Assembly: GCA_050950285.1 (NCBI GenBank)
Contig: JBMNHG010000008.1
Location: forward strand, 62,001 to 126,000
DNA from: Kiritimatiellia bacterium
Lineage (GTDB): Bacteria; Verrucomicrobiota; Kiritimatiellia; RFP12; JBMNHG01
Direction: 5' to 3'
Length of the DNA: 64,000 bases
Shown: positions 50,890 to 60,165 of the stretch, one piece after another
Position numbering within the stretch: the stretch's first letter is position 1
Layout: each line of letters begins with the position of its first letter
Notes under the pieces: model-generated
The model's database searches: none
What the model saw: the letters and a program-made list of their open reading frames with translations, nothing else
Told to the model about the DNA's origin: nothing
Made by a program: the position numbers and the translations under genes

Positions 50890-51693
50890 ATGCGTGCGAC
50901 GTCCCTTTTCCTTGCATCCATCGCCTTGCTTCCGGCCGCGCTTCCCGCCGCGACGCCGGAGCAGGTTCGCGCGTTCGCGCCCTATCAGGCGATCATCGAC
51001 CGGATGCCCTTTGGCCGGCCGCCTCCCGAAGGCGTTGCCGTTGCCGTGCCTACCGCCGACCAGATCGCGGAGCAGAAGCAGCAGGAGGAGCTGGCGCGGA
51101 AGATCGGGATGTGCGCCGTGAACATCGTCACGGGCGGGAAGGTGAAGGTGGGCTTCATCGACAACAGCCAGAACCCCGCCAAGAACTACTATCTCGCCAT
51201 CGGTGAAAGCTGCGACGGCTTCACCGTGGTCGACGCCAGTTACGAGGACGAATCCGCCACCCTCGAGCAGGACGGCGTGTCCATCACGCTCAAGCTCGGC
51301 CAGGGCCTGGTGGCGCAGGCCCCCGTTGCGCAGAAGGGCGCGGGCGAGGCGCCTGCGGGGGGTCCGCCGGGACGGCGCCCGGGGCGCAGGATGCCTCCGC
51401 CCGCCGGAGGCGGCGCCGCGCCGGGCGGCGCTCCGGGGCAGGATGCGGCATCCTACACGGAGCGCCTCCGCGAGCGCCGCGACGCGGCGAGGCGCGAACG
51501 CCTGGAGCAGGCCCGCGCGATGCGCGAGGAGGCGGAACGCGCCGCCGAGGAACGGGCCTCCGCCGCCATGGCCGACCAGGAGGAGCGCATCCGGCGCGAA
51601 GCGCAGATCGACCTTGTCGCCGGGCGCGACATCATCGAGCTCACGCCCGACGAAGAGGCCGCGCTCGTGGAAGAAGGCGCGCTCGTTCCGTAG
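50890..51693 (+). CDS. Exported hypothetical protein (weak PilP/GspC-like beta region, charged helical tail)
   Basis: Signal peptide, good GC3 bias, TGCTATACT 6 nt before ATG. Confidence 0.65.
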   Translation: MRATSLFLASIALLPAALPAATPEQVRAFAPYQAIIDRMPFGRPPPEGVAVAVPTADQIAEQKQQEELARKIGMCAVNIVTGGKVKVGFIDNSQNPAKNYYLAIGESCDGFTVVDASYEDESATLEQDGVSITLKLGQGLVAQAPVAQKGAGEAPAGGPPGRRPGRRMPPPAGGGAAPGGAPGQDAASYTERLRERRDAARRERLEQARAMREEAERAAEERASAAMADQEERIRREAQIDLVAGRDIIELTPDEEAALVEEGALVP

Positions 51694-51706
51694 CGAGGAC
51701 GTCCGG

Positions 51707-52642
51707 ATGAAACGCCTGATCGTCGCCCGCCCCCATGGTTTCTGTGCCGGCGTCTGGCATGCGATCGGCATGGCCGAGGCCGCCGTGGCCAAGTATCCGG
51801 CGCCGGTCTACTGCCTCAACGAACTCGTCCACAACCGCCAGGTGGTGGACGGACTCGCGGCGCGCGGGATGCGCTTCGTGCGCGCGGTGGGCGAAGTCCC
51901 CGAAGGCGCCGTGCTCCTTTTCAGCGCCCACGGCGTTTCGCCGGCGGTCCGCGCCGAGGCGGCGGCGCGCCGTCTCACCGTGCTGGACGCCACCTGCCCC
52001 TTTGTCGCCCGTTCGCATGCGGACGTCCGCCGCCATGCCGCCGCCGGGCGCACGGTTTTCCTGATCGGCACGCCGTCGCACGACGAGGTCGTGGGGATCG
52101 CCGGGGAAGCCCCGGACGCGGTGATGCCGGTGGAAGACCTCGCCGCGGCGGAAACCGTGGTCCCGCCCGATCCGGGGAAGGTCGCCGTGGTCGCGCAGAC
52201 CACGCTCGGCCGCAGCCATGTGGAGATGGTGATGGACGTGCTCCGGCGCCGCTTCCCCGCCGTGCACCTCCCCCCCTCGAAGGGCGTTTGCTATGCCACC
52301 ACGAACCGGCAGGAGGCGGCGCGCCGCCTGGCGCGGGAGGTCGACCTCCTCGTGGTGCTCGGGTCGCACAACAGCGCCAATTCGAACCGGCTTGCGGAAG
52401 TCGCGGCGGAGGAAGGGACGCCGTCGCGGCTCGTCGCCGACGACGCGGAACTTGCGGGCCTCGACCTTTCGGAGGCCGGGACCATCGGGCTGACAGCCGG
52501 GGCCTCCACGCCGGAGGACACGCTGGAGGCCGCCGCCGCGCACTTCGGACGCCTTGGCTATCGCCGTGCGCCCGATCTGGTGGTGACCGAGGAAACGCTC
52601 TCGTTCCCGATTCCCGAGCTGCCCGATCCCGCGTCTTCGTGA
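51707..52642 (+). CDS. ispH: 4-hydroxy-3-methylbut-2-enyl diphosphate reductase
   Basis: GFCAGV, VHN, SAHGV, DATCP, CYATTNRQ, SANSNRL, TAGASTP. Confidence 0.96.
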   Translation: MKRLIVARPHGFCAGVWHAIGMAEAAVAKYPAPVYCLNELVHNRQVVDGLAARGMRFVRAVGEVPEGAVLLFSAHGVSPAVRAEAAARRLTVLDATCPFVARSHADVRRHAAAGRTVFLIGTPSHDEVVGIAGEAPDAVMPVEDLAAAETVVPPDPGKVAVVAQTTLGRSHVEMVMDVLRRRFPAVHLPPSKGVCYATTNRQEAARRLAREVDLLVVLGSHNSANSNRLAEVAAEEGTPSRLVADDAELAGLDLSEAGTIGLTAGASTPEDTLEAAAAHFGRLGYRRAPDLVVTEETLSFPIPELPDPASS

Positions 52643-52653
52643 CGCCCGGGAGA

Positions 52654-54087
52654 TCAAGGTGCGGGCAGGGGCATCAGGTACAGGCAGCCCCAGGCGACAA
52701 GGCAGGAGACGAGCCCGACCACCGCGCCAATCTTCAGCCACTCCCAGAAGAGGACATGGGTGTGGTAGCGCTTTTCCATCATGCCGAGCGCCACGATGTT
52801 CGCCGTGGAGCCGATGGCCGTGATGTTGCCGCCGAAGCAGGCGCCGAAAAGCAACGCCCACCAGAGGGTTTCGTAGCCCGTGCCGCCGGATTCGATCAGC
52901 GCCTGGATCACGGGCGACCCGGCGGCCACGAAGACGATGTTGTCCACGAAGGCGCTGCCGATCGCCGAGCCGAACAGCACGAACGGCACGAGCGCCTTGG
53001 CACCGCCGGAAACCGTCGCCTGGAGCTTGGCGGCCAGATTTTCCGTGATGCCCGTGGCGGCCAGCGAACCCGCGATGGCGAAGAGCATCATGAAAAAGAC
53101 GAGCGTCCACCACTCCACCTCGCGCTCGATGTAGTGGCGCGCGCGGTGGGGACGGTAGATCATCAGCAGGCCGGCGACAATGAGCGGTGTGAGGATGAGG
53201 AAGGCGTTTTGGTTCCCTGGGTCGGTGAGGCCAAGCAGGGTTTCAATCTGGCGGTGGAAGGCGATGATGACAACCGTGGAGAGCAGGACGAAGAGGCCGC
53301 GCTTGTAGGGGATGGGGAAGAGCGGGCCGAGCCCCTGGTTGGCCTCCCGGTGCTCCGCCATCTTCACCGACATCTCGTGGATTTCCTTGCGGTACCAGAT
53401 CATCACGGCCACGGTCGTCGCCACAAGCGAGAGAAAGGCGATCGGCGTGGCGTGGGTCAGGAAGTCGCCGAAGGAAAAGCCCGCCTCGCTGCCGATGAAA
53501 ATGCCCACGGGATTGCCGAGCATCGTGGCGCTGGATCCGACGTTCGTGGCCATCACGGAAATGAGCACGAAGGGCATGCTGCGGATCTTCAGCGCGTCGC
53601 ACACCTGGAAGACCAGCGCCAGCATCACCACGATCGAGGTCACTTCGTCCACCACGCTCGCCAGGACGGCGGAGAGCAGGCACAGGGTGGCCGTGAAAAT
53701 CCATCCGTTCATGCGCTTCCGCGAAATCACGGCCAGGATGAGCCAGGAGAAGAGGCCGAGGTCCTTCAACGCGCCCACGATGGTCATCATGCCGACCAGG
53801 AAGAGGATGATGTGCAGGTCGGTGTGGCCAATCATCTCCTGCAAGGTGTAGACCTTCGCGCCAATCATCACGGCGACGCCCAGGAAGGCCGCGGCAAGGC
53901 GGTAGTTCCAGAAAAACAGCGTCGTGCAGATCACGGCCAGGAAGACGAACAGCGCAGTGTACTGCGCAGGCTCCTGCGCGACGCCTCCGATATGCGCCAA
54001 GTAGGTGATGATGGCGGGAAGGATCCCGATGCTGGCGATTTTCGCAATGGCGCCGACGGTGGCGCCGCGGGGGGGGGTAGGGCTCAT
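52654..54087 (-). CDS. ArsB/NhaD/CitMHS ion-transporter superfamily permease
   Basis: Many TM segments; TNVGSSATMLGNP, SAFVDN, FGGNITAIGSTANIV. Confidence 0.88.
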   Translation of the reverse strand: MSPTPPRGATVGAIAKIASIGILPAIITYLAHIGGVAQEPAQYTALFVFLAVICTTLFFWNYRLAAAFLGVAVMIGAKVYTLQEMIGHTDLHIILFLVGMMTIVGALKDLGLFSWLILAVISRKRMNGWIFTATLCLLSAVLASVVDEVTSIVVMLALVFQVCDALKIRSMPFVLISVMATNVGSSATMLGNPVGIFIGSEAGFSFGDFLTHATPIAFLSLVATTVAVMIWYRKEIHEMSVKMAEHREANQGLGPLFPIPYKRGLFVLLSTVVIIAFHRQIETLLGLTDPGNQNAFLILTPLIVAGLLMIYRPHRARHYIEREVEWWTLVFFMMLFAIAGSLAATGITENLAAKLQATVSGGAKALVPFVLFGSAIGSAFVDNIVFVAAGSPVIQALIESGGTGYETLWWALLFGACFGGNITAIGSTANIVALGMMEKRYHTHVLFWEWLKIGAVVGLVSCLVAWGCLYLMPLPAP

Positions 54088-54093
54088 GGCGGC

Positions 54094-55047
54094 TTAGTTC
54101 CGGAAGACTTTGGCGAGGAAATGCTGGAGGGTGACTTCGCCGGCCAACTGCTGGCCGTCGAGCACGTAGCAGACGTCGTCGTTCTTGCGGATGAACTCCG
54201 CGGCGATCTCGATCGCCGGAGCGGTAATCTGCACGGACGAAAAGTGCTCGGAGTCGAGAATGTCGCCGAGCCAGGAATTCTGCTCGTTGCGGAGCACTTC
54301 GGCGAAGGGCTCGAAGTTCTGGATGGGGGAGAGGTCGTCCATCCACAGCAAGTAGTTGGGCAGGCAGACACGAAGGAGCGCGGAGGCGCTCACGACGCCC
54401 ACGAGGTCGCCTTCCTTGTCCGTAACGGGGATGCGGGTGATGTCGCCCTGCACGAAGCGGTCGATGGCCGTCTTGATGCTGTCGTTCTCGCGCAGGGTCT
54501 CGCGGACGGGGGCCATGATGTCGGCGGCGCAGATGTAGTCGGGCAGCCGCAGGCCGCCGCGGAGCAGGTGGCGGCGGAGTTCTTCGGGGTCGGAGAAGGA
54601 GGCCATCGTCTCGACGGCGTTTTCCCCGCGCATCACCGTGGCGAGGGTCTTGACGATTTGGAGGTAGAGGGCCGGCTTCGCAAGCGGGGTCAGCACCAGG
54701 GCGACGATCCGCACGGGGGCGGCGTCCGGGGCGAAGTCGATGCCGGTCTTCGCGGTGGCGATCGCCACGTACGGGCGGGAAAGGTATCCGATCCGCGCGT
54801 GGGGCATCGCGACCTCGTGGGCGACGATCGTGGGCCGTACTTCCTCGCGCTCGACCACGAGCCGCCTCGCCTCGTCGACATCCTTGATTTCGGGATGGTT
54901 TTCCGCAAGGAGGGCGAGCAGTTCCCCGATGATTCCGTCGCGATCGGTCGCGGCGGTGCCGCAGACGAGATCGTCGGCCGAGAAGAAGGTCGACAGGTCG
55001 GATGCGCCGACGTTCTTCGCCCCGGCGCTTCCCTGTTGTTTCGCCAT
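54094..55047 (-). CDS. PTS EIIA (Fru/Ntr-type) + tandem CBS domain fusion
   Basis: EREEVRPTIVAHEVAMPHAR; AADIM..IPVTDKEGDLVGVVS; VLDGQQLAGEVT. Confidence 0.85.
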   Translation of the reverse strand: MAKQQGSAGAKNVGASDLSTFFSADDLVCGTAATDRDGIIGELLALLAENHPEIKDVDEARRLVVEREEVRPTIVAHEVAMPHARIGYLSRPYVAIATAKTGIDFAPDAAPVRIVALVLTPLAKPALYLQIVKTLATVMRGENAVETMASFSDPEELRRHLLRGGLRLPDYICAADIMAPVRETLRENDSIKTAIDRFVQGDITRIPVTDKEGDLVGVVSASALLRVCLPNYLLWMDDLSPIQNFEPFAEVLRNEQNSWLGDILDSEHFSSVQITAPAIEIAAEFIRKNDDVCYVLDGQQLAGEVTLQHFLAKVFRN

Positions 55048-55108
55048 GTGAAGGTCCTCCAGGACGCCCCGCGGTCGCGGTCGCGCCGCAGTAAAAAAGA
55101 TGACGAAA

Positions 55109-55137
55109 ATTATACCATCCCAACCCCCAAAGGTCAA
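55109..55137 (-). promoter_or_regulatory. Near-consensus sigma70 promoter for the EIIA-CBS/permease operon
   Basis: TTGACC-17bp-TATAAT with TG extension. Confidence 0.75.
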
Positions 55138-55307
55138 ATCCCGGGTCTGGACGGGGAACAGCCGCGCAGCAGCGGGCGACTTCGCACAAGCGATCCGGTT
55201 CGGGCCACTTTCGCATTGCCTCTTCGTTCCGCAACCTTTACCCTGTTTTCCCTCCATCCCATCCGCCCCCGATGCCCGGCGGGCCACACTTCGTGAAAGG
55301 CGTTTCC

Positions 55308-55946
55308 ATGGCGTGCATCCTTCAAAACGGCGACACCATCCTCTTCCAGGGCGACAGCATCACCGACTTCGGCCGCGGCGCTCCCCCCGGTCTCGGCACC
55401 GGGTACGTCGCGATGGTGCGCGGCTTGATCACCGCGATCCGCCCCGACCTCGACGTCGACATCGTGAACCGCGGCGTCAGCGGCGACCGTACCGCCGAGC
55501 TTCTCGCGCGCTGGGACGCCGACTGCCTCGCCCTCCGTCCGCACGTCCTCTCGATCATGATCGGCGTGAACGACGTCTGGCGCAAGGCCGGCGAGTGGAA
55601 CGGCCAGAAACACATCCCGCTTCCCGAATACCGCGCCAATCTCGCGAAACTCGTCGAGAGCGCCCTCGGCATGGGCTCGATCCGCCACCTCTTCCTCATG
55701 AGCCCCACCTCCATCACCCTCGTGAACAAGTCCGGACTGAACGACCTCGTGGGCGAATACGCCGAGACCGTGAAGGAGTTCGCGAAGACCTACGGCGCCG
55801 TCTACGTGCCCTCGCACGAGACGACGATGGCCGCGCGGCTCGCCCTCCCCGAAGTGGAGTGGAGCGGAGACGGCTGCCACCCCGCGCCCGCCGGACACGC
55901 CCTGCTCGCCGCCGCCTGGCTTCGCGCCGCCGGCGTCATCGCATAG
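55308..55946 (+). CDS. SGNH/GDSL hydrolase
   Basis: FQGDSITD, NRGVSGD, IGVND, DGCHP. Confidence 0.92.
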   Translation: MACILQNGDTILFQGDSITDFGRGAPPGLGTGYVAMVRGLITAIRPDLDVDIVNRGVSGDRTAELLARWDADCLALRPHVLSIMIGVNDVWRKAGEWNGQKHIPLPEYRANLAKLVESALGMGSIRHLFLMSPTSITLVNKSGLNDLVGEYAETVKEFAKTYGAVYVPSHETTMAARLALPEVEWSGDGCHPAPAGHALLAAAWLRAAGVIA

Positions 55947-55976
55947 CCACCCGGCCCCGCCCGAAAGGATCCTCCC

Positions 55977-56618
55977 ATGAACGCCCGGAAACTCCTCCTC
56001 CCCGCCCTCTGCCTTTGCGCCGCCGCACGTCTCGTGGCCGAGACCCCCGCAGCCGTTGCCGAGACCCCCGCCGCCGAAGCGGACCCACCCAAGAAAGAGC
56101 CTGCCATGACCACCGTGATCATCGAAACCTCCCTGGGCACCATGACCGCCGTCCTCGACGCCGAAAAGGCCCCCGAGACGGTCCGGAACTTCCTCGCCTA
56201 CGTCGATGCGGACTTCTACGACGGCACCATCTTCCATCGCGTCATCAAGGACTTCATGGTCCAGGGCGGCGGCTTCACCCCCGACATGAAGCAAAAGCCC
56301 GCCGGGAAGCCCATCCGGAACGAGGCGGCGAACGGCCTCAAGAACCTGCGCGGCACCCTCGCAATGGCCCGCACGCAGGTTCCGGACAGCGCAACCTGCC
56401 AGTTCTTCATCAACCACAAGGACAACGCCTTCCTCGATTTCAAGGCGCCGACCGTTCAGGGCATCGGCTACTGCGTCTTCGGCAGGGTCACGGAAGGGCT
56501 CGACGTCCTCGACGCCATTGCCGCCGTGAAGACCGCCACCCGCGGACCGTACGGCGACGTGCCGGTGGAGACGGTGGTCATCCGGTCGATCCGCCGTGCC
56601 CCCGCCGACGGGGAATAG
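55977..56618 (+). CDS. ppiA: Exported cyclophilin-type peptidyl-prolyl isomerase
   Basis: Signal peptide; FYDGTIFHRVI, QGGG, AMART, QFFIN. Confidence 0.93.
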   Translation: MNARKLLLPALCLCAAARLVAETPAAVAETPAAEADPPKKEPAMTTVIIETSLGTMTAVLDAEKAPETVRNFLAYVDADFYDGTIFHRVIKDFMVQGGGFTPDMKQKPAGKPIRNEAANGLKNLRGTLAMARTQVPDSATCQFFINHKDNAFLDFKAPTVQGIGYCVFGRVTEGLDVLDAIAAVKTATRGPYGDVPVETVVIRSIRRAPADGE

Positions 56619-56622
56619 GCCC

Positions 56623-57039
56623 GTGTTCCGGCGCAAGCGCCAGTCCGGGGCGGACGTGTGCCGGGTCGACCACGACCCGCTTGCCGCAGTCCCGCTCGTG
56701 CCCGAGGGCGTGACCGCCACGGCCACGCCCGACGGCGGATTGGAGCTGTGCCGGGACCTCCGGCCGAAAAACCGCCTCCATGGCTGGATTGCGCGCACCC
56801 TCCGCTGGGATTTGTCGGTTCGCGTCCGACTCGACGCCACCGGCGCGGTCTTCTGGTCGTGCGTCGACGGCCGCCGCACCGTGCGGGAGGTGGCGGAGGT
56901 CCTTGCCGGCCGCCTGCAGGCCCGCCCCGACGCCGCCCGCCAGGCCGTGGTGCAGTACATCGGCACGCTGATGCGCAAGGGCTGGATCCAGCTCCGGCTC
57001 GCCATCCCCCCGCGTCCCGCTTCGCCGGACGCCCGGTAG
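56623..57039 (+). CDS. PqqD-family (RRE-like) protein
   Basis: LDATGAVFWSCVDGRRTVREVAEVL...QYIGTLMRKGWI. Confidence 0.75.
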   Translation: MFRRKRQSGADVCRVDHDPLAAVPLVPEGVTATATPDGGLELCRDLRPKNRLHGWIARTLRWDLSVRVRLDATGAVFWSCVDGRRTVREVAEVLAGRLQARPDAARQAVVQYIGTLMRKGWIQLRLAIPPRPASPDAR

Positions 57040-57058
57040 AGACGCCCCTTCGCCGGGC

Positions 57059-57919
57059 CTACCGGCTTCCCGGGCGCCCGTTCCCCAGGCGCAGGAGCTG
57101 CCGGACCTCTTCGGGCCAACGGGTGTCGTCCGGGGTCTCGAGGATCATCGGAAGGTGGGAGAGGCGCGGGTCGCGGACGATTTCCGCGAAGGTCTCCCAG
57201 CCCAGGCGGCCTTCGCCGATGGATGCGTGCCGGTCGAGATGGGAGCCGCATGGGGACCGGGTGTCGTTCAGGTGCAGGCCGCGCAGGCGGGCGATGCCCA
57301 CGACGCGGTCGAATTCGCCGAGCACGCGGAGCCAGGCTTCGGGCCCGGCGACGTCGTGCCCGGCGGCGTGGAGGTGCGCGGTGTCGAGGCACGCGCCCAC
57401 GCGGTCCCGGGCCTTCACGGCTTCGAGGATGGCGGCGATCTCTTCGAACGAGGCGCCCAGGTAGGAGCCTTGCCCCGCCGTGTTTTCCACCACGATCGTC
57501 ACGCCCTCGGTCTTCGCGAGGACCTGGTCGATCGAGTCCGCCACGCGCGCGCGCGCTTCTTCGGGGGAGCCTTTCCCCAGCGAACTGCCGGGATGGATGT
57601 TCAGGCGGTCCAGGCCGAGCATCGTGCAGCGGCGCGCTTCGTCCAGCAGCGCGGCGATCGAACGGTCGCGCGCGGCATCGTCGGGACTCGCGAGATTGAT
57701 GAGGTACCCGGCGTGCGGGAGCACGTCCGACGCATCGAACCCCCCGGCCGCCATGGCGTCCGCAAAGGCTTCGGCCGTGCCGGGGGCATAGGGCGGCGGC
57801 GACCACTGCCGCTGGTTGCGGGTGAAGAGCGCAAAGGCGGTGGCGCCGATCGATGCGGCGGCGGCGGGCGCGTTTTCGACGCCGCCCGCGGCGCTGACGT
57901 GGGGACCGATCTTCAACAT
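57059..57919 (-). CDS. nfo: Endonuclease IV
   Basis: GPHVSAAGG, HAGYLINL, HPG, ENTAGQG, CLDTAH, HLND, DRHA, ILETP. Confidence 0.95.
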   Translation of the reverse strand: MLKIGPHVSAAGGVENAPAAAASIGATAFALFTRNQRQWSPPPYAPGTAEAFADAMAAGGFDASDVLPHAGYLINLASPDDAARDRSIAALLDEARRCTMLGLDRLNIHPGSSLGKGSPEEARARVADSIDQVLAKTEGVTIVVENTAGQGSYLGASFEEIAAILEAVKARDRVGACLDTAHLHAAGHDVAGPEAWLRVLGEFDRVVGIARLRGLHLNDTRSPCGSHLDRHASIGEGRLGWETFAEIVRDPRLSHLPMILETPDDTRWPEEVRQLLRLGNGRPGSR

Positions 57920-58061
57920 GGCGGATTCTCTCGGGGTTCGACGTGTTCCGGCGGAAGAACCGGCGATGGACGAACGATATCCGATCCACCCCCGCCGCGA
58001 AAGCTTTTCCTCGCGATGCGGCCGCTGGCCGGACGACCGTCCCTTTGCTATACTCCGCCTC

Positions 58062-59474
58062 GTGAAGACGATTCCCATCCTTGCCGGCATCGGCCCCGTT
58101 TCTTCCTCCCGGCGCGGCATGCGCGCAGCCCGGACGGCCTTCTTCCTGTGCGCGCTTTGCGCATCCGTCCGGGCCGCGCCCATGCGGATCGTGTTCGTGG
58201 GGGACAGCATCACCGGCCAGAGCCGCAACCATCCCGACGGCTTCGCCCGGCAGATGGATGCCGCATTGGCCGCCACGCAACCCGCCGATTCCCCGGTGGA
58301 GGTGGTCGCCCTCGGCGGAAGCGGGCAGACGGTCGGCTCGTGGCGGCACGTCGAGAAGACCTCGCGCGAGAACCCGGCCACGCTCGACATCCGGGGCGTC
58401 GACGTCCGCGACGAACTCGCGAAGCCGGCGGACGCCCTCCTCGTGATGCTCGGCATGAACGACGTGCTCTCGCCCTCGATGGGGGATGCCGCCGAGGATG
58501 TCGACCGCTGGCGGGCGCAACTCGTGGAACTCGTCGACGCGCTCGTGGCGCGGACCTCGCCCCGGGCGCTCTTCCTCGCCTCCTCGCCGCCCTGCACCGA
58601 GGATCCCGCCTCGCCGAAGAACCGGCTTCTCGGCGCGATGGCAAAGCGGGCGGAATCGGTCGCGGAGGAAAAGGGGGGGCGCTTCGTCCCCGTCCACGCG
58701 AACCTTCTCCATCGGCTTTCCGTTTTGCGCAAGCGCGTGCCCGACGCCCACGTCACCCAGGACTTCGTCCATCCCAACACCTACGGCCACCTGCTGCTGG
58801 CGGAGCAGTTCCTGCGGGCGCTCGATTTCCCGGAGGCGGCGGACTGGCTGGCGCAGGAACGCATCGCGCCGTACGAGCGCGCGCTCGCCGAACCGTGGAC
58901 GGACGAGGCGATCGCGGCCTTCCACGCCCGCCCCGCCGCCGCGCCGTGGCTGGTGTGCGCGCCCATCCGCATGCCGCACTGGGGCCCCGGCAACCGGGCG
59001 TTCGAGCCGGACAAGGTGGAAGGCCCCGTCGAGGCGGCGGTCGAGGCCGGGAAGTCGCTGGCGGAAATCCGCGCCATGGAGGGTCTCCCCGCGTGGACGA
59101 AAGCCGTCGCGTCCCTCGACTACACGGGCGGCGACAATCCCGACAGCCTCGATTTCGCGCAGGTGCTCCACGCCCGCGTCCACGACGGCGCCTATGCGGC
59201 GCGCGTCTTCGCGTGCGACCGCGACCTCGACGCGCTTCTGCGCATCGACCGGAAGACCTTCGCCGGCGAGCAGCATCTCACCGTATGGCTGAACGGCGAG
59301 CGGCTCTTCTGCGAACCCTTCCGCAAGGCCGAGATCCCCGTTTCCCTTCGACGCGGCGAAAACCTCCTTTTCCTCCGCACCGCCCATCTCTCCTGGCAGT
59401 GGCAGCTCTCCGCGGGGCTCGCGCCGGCCGATGGCGGAACGCTCGAGGGCGTCCGGATCGCGACGGAGGAGTAG
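58062..59474 (+). CDS. Exported SGNH hydrolase with extra C-terminal domain
   Basis: FVGDSIT, LGMND, DFVHP; GTG start 7 nt after TATACT (alternative ATG 58119). Confidence 0.8.
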   Translation: MKTIPILAGIGPVSSSRRGMRAARTAFFLCALCASVRAAPMRIVFVGDSITGQSRNHPDGFARQMDAALAATQPADSPVEVVALGGSGQTVGSWRHVEKTSRENPATLDIRGVDVRDELAKPADALLVMLGMNDVLSPSMGDAAEDVDRWRAQLVELVDALVARTSPRALFLASSPPCTEDPASPKNRLLGAMAKRAESVAEEKGGRFVPVHANLLHRLSVLRKRVPDAHVTQDFVHPNTYGHLLLAEQFLRALDFPEAADWLAQERIAPYERALAEPWTDEAIAAFHARPAAAPWLVCAPIRMPHWGPGNRAFEPDKVEGPVEAAVEAGKSLAEIRAMEGLPAWTKAVASLDYTGGDNPDSLDFAQVLHARVHDGAYAARVFACDRDLDALLRIDRKTFAGEQHLTVWLNGERLFCEPFRKAEIPVSLRRGENLLFLRTAHLSWQWQLSAGLAPADGGTLEGVRIATEE

Positions 59475-59505
59475 CCCGCCCATCGCATCCCGACGGAGGT
59501 TCCCC

Positions 59506-60165
59506 ATGTTTACAGGACTTGTCCAGCAAACCGGCCGGCTTCTGGCCGTCGAACGCGCCGCCCAGGGCGGTTGGAGCCTGTCCGTGCGCCACGGGCCGTG
59601 GGAGGAGGGGCCTCTCGAAACCGGCGAAAGCGTCGCCGTCCAAGGCGTCTGCCTCACCGTGCGGCCCGTCGCGCCGGATCGCTTCGTCGCCGACCTTCTC
59701 GACGAAACGCTGGACCACACCGCCTTCCGCAACCTTGCCCCGGAAGCCCTCGTGAACCTCGAGCGGGCGCTCCGCCCCTGCGATCGCCTCGGCGGGCATT
59801 TCGTGACGGGGCATGTGGACGAGACCGGCACGCTTTCCTCCCTTGTCCGCCGCGGACGCGACACGGTGTTTCGCGTCTCCTGCTCCGCGCGCCTCTCCCG
59901 GCAGACCGTGCTCAAAGGCTCGATCGCGCTCGACGGCGTGAGCCTCACCGTGAGCGCACTGGGCGACGACTTCTTCGAAGTGAACCTCATCCCGCACACC
60001 CTGGCGGCCACCAGCCTGCGCGAACGCAGGCCGGGCGACCGCCTCAACCTCGAGTCCGATCTCCTCGGGAAGTACGTCGGGCGCATGCTGGGCGCACCGC
60101 GCGGCGAAGGCGGCCTTACGATGGAGAAACTCCTCCAGGCGGGATTCGGATGGAGCGCCCCATGA
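59506..60165 (+). CDS. ribE: Riboflavin synthase (alpha chain)
   Basis: MFTGLV, GVCLTV, VNLERAL, GGHFVTGHVD, GVSLTV. Confidence 0.95.
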   Translation: MFTGLVQQTGRLLAVERAAQGGWSLSVRHGPWEEGPLETGESVAVQGVCLTVRPVAPDRFVADLLDETLDHTAFRNLAPEALVNLERALRPCDRLGGHFVTGHVDETGTLSSLVRRGRDTVFRVSCSARLSRQTVLKGSIALDGVSLTVSALGDDFFEVNLIPHTLAATSLRERRPGDRLNLESDLLGKYVGRMLGAPRGEGGLTMEKLLQAGFGWSAP

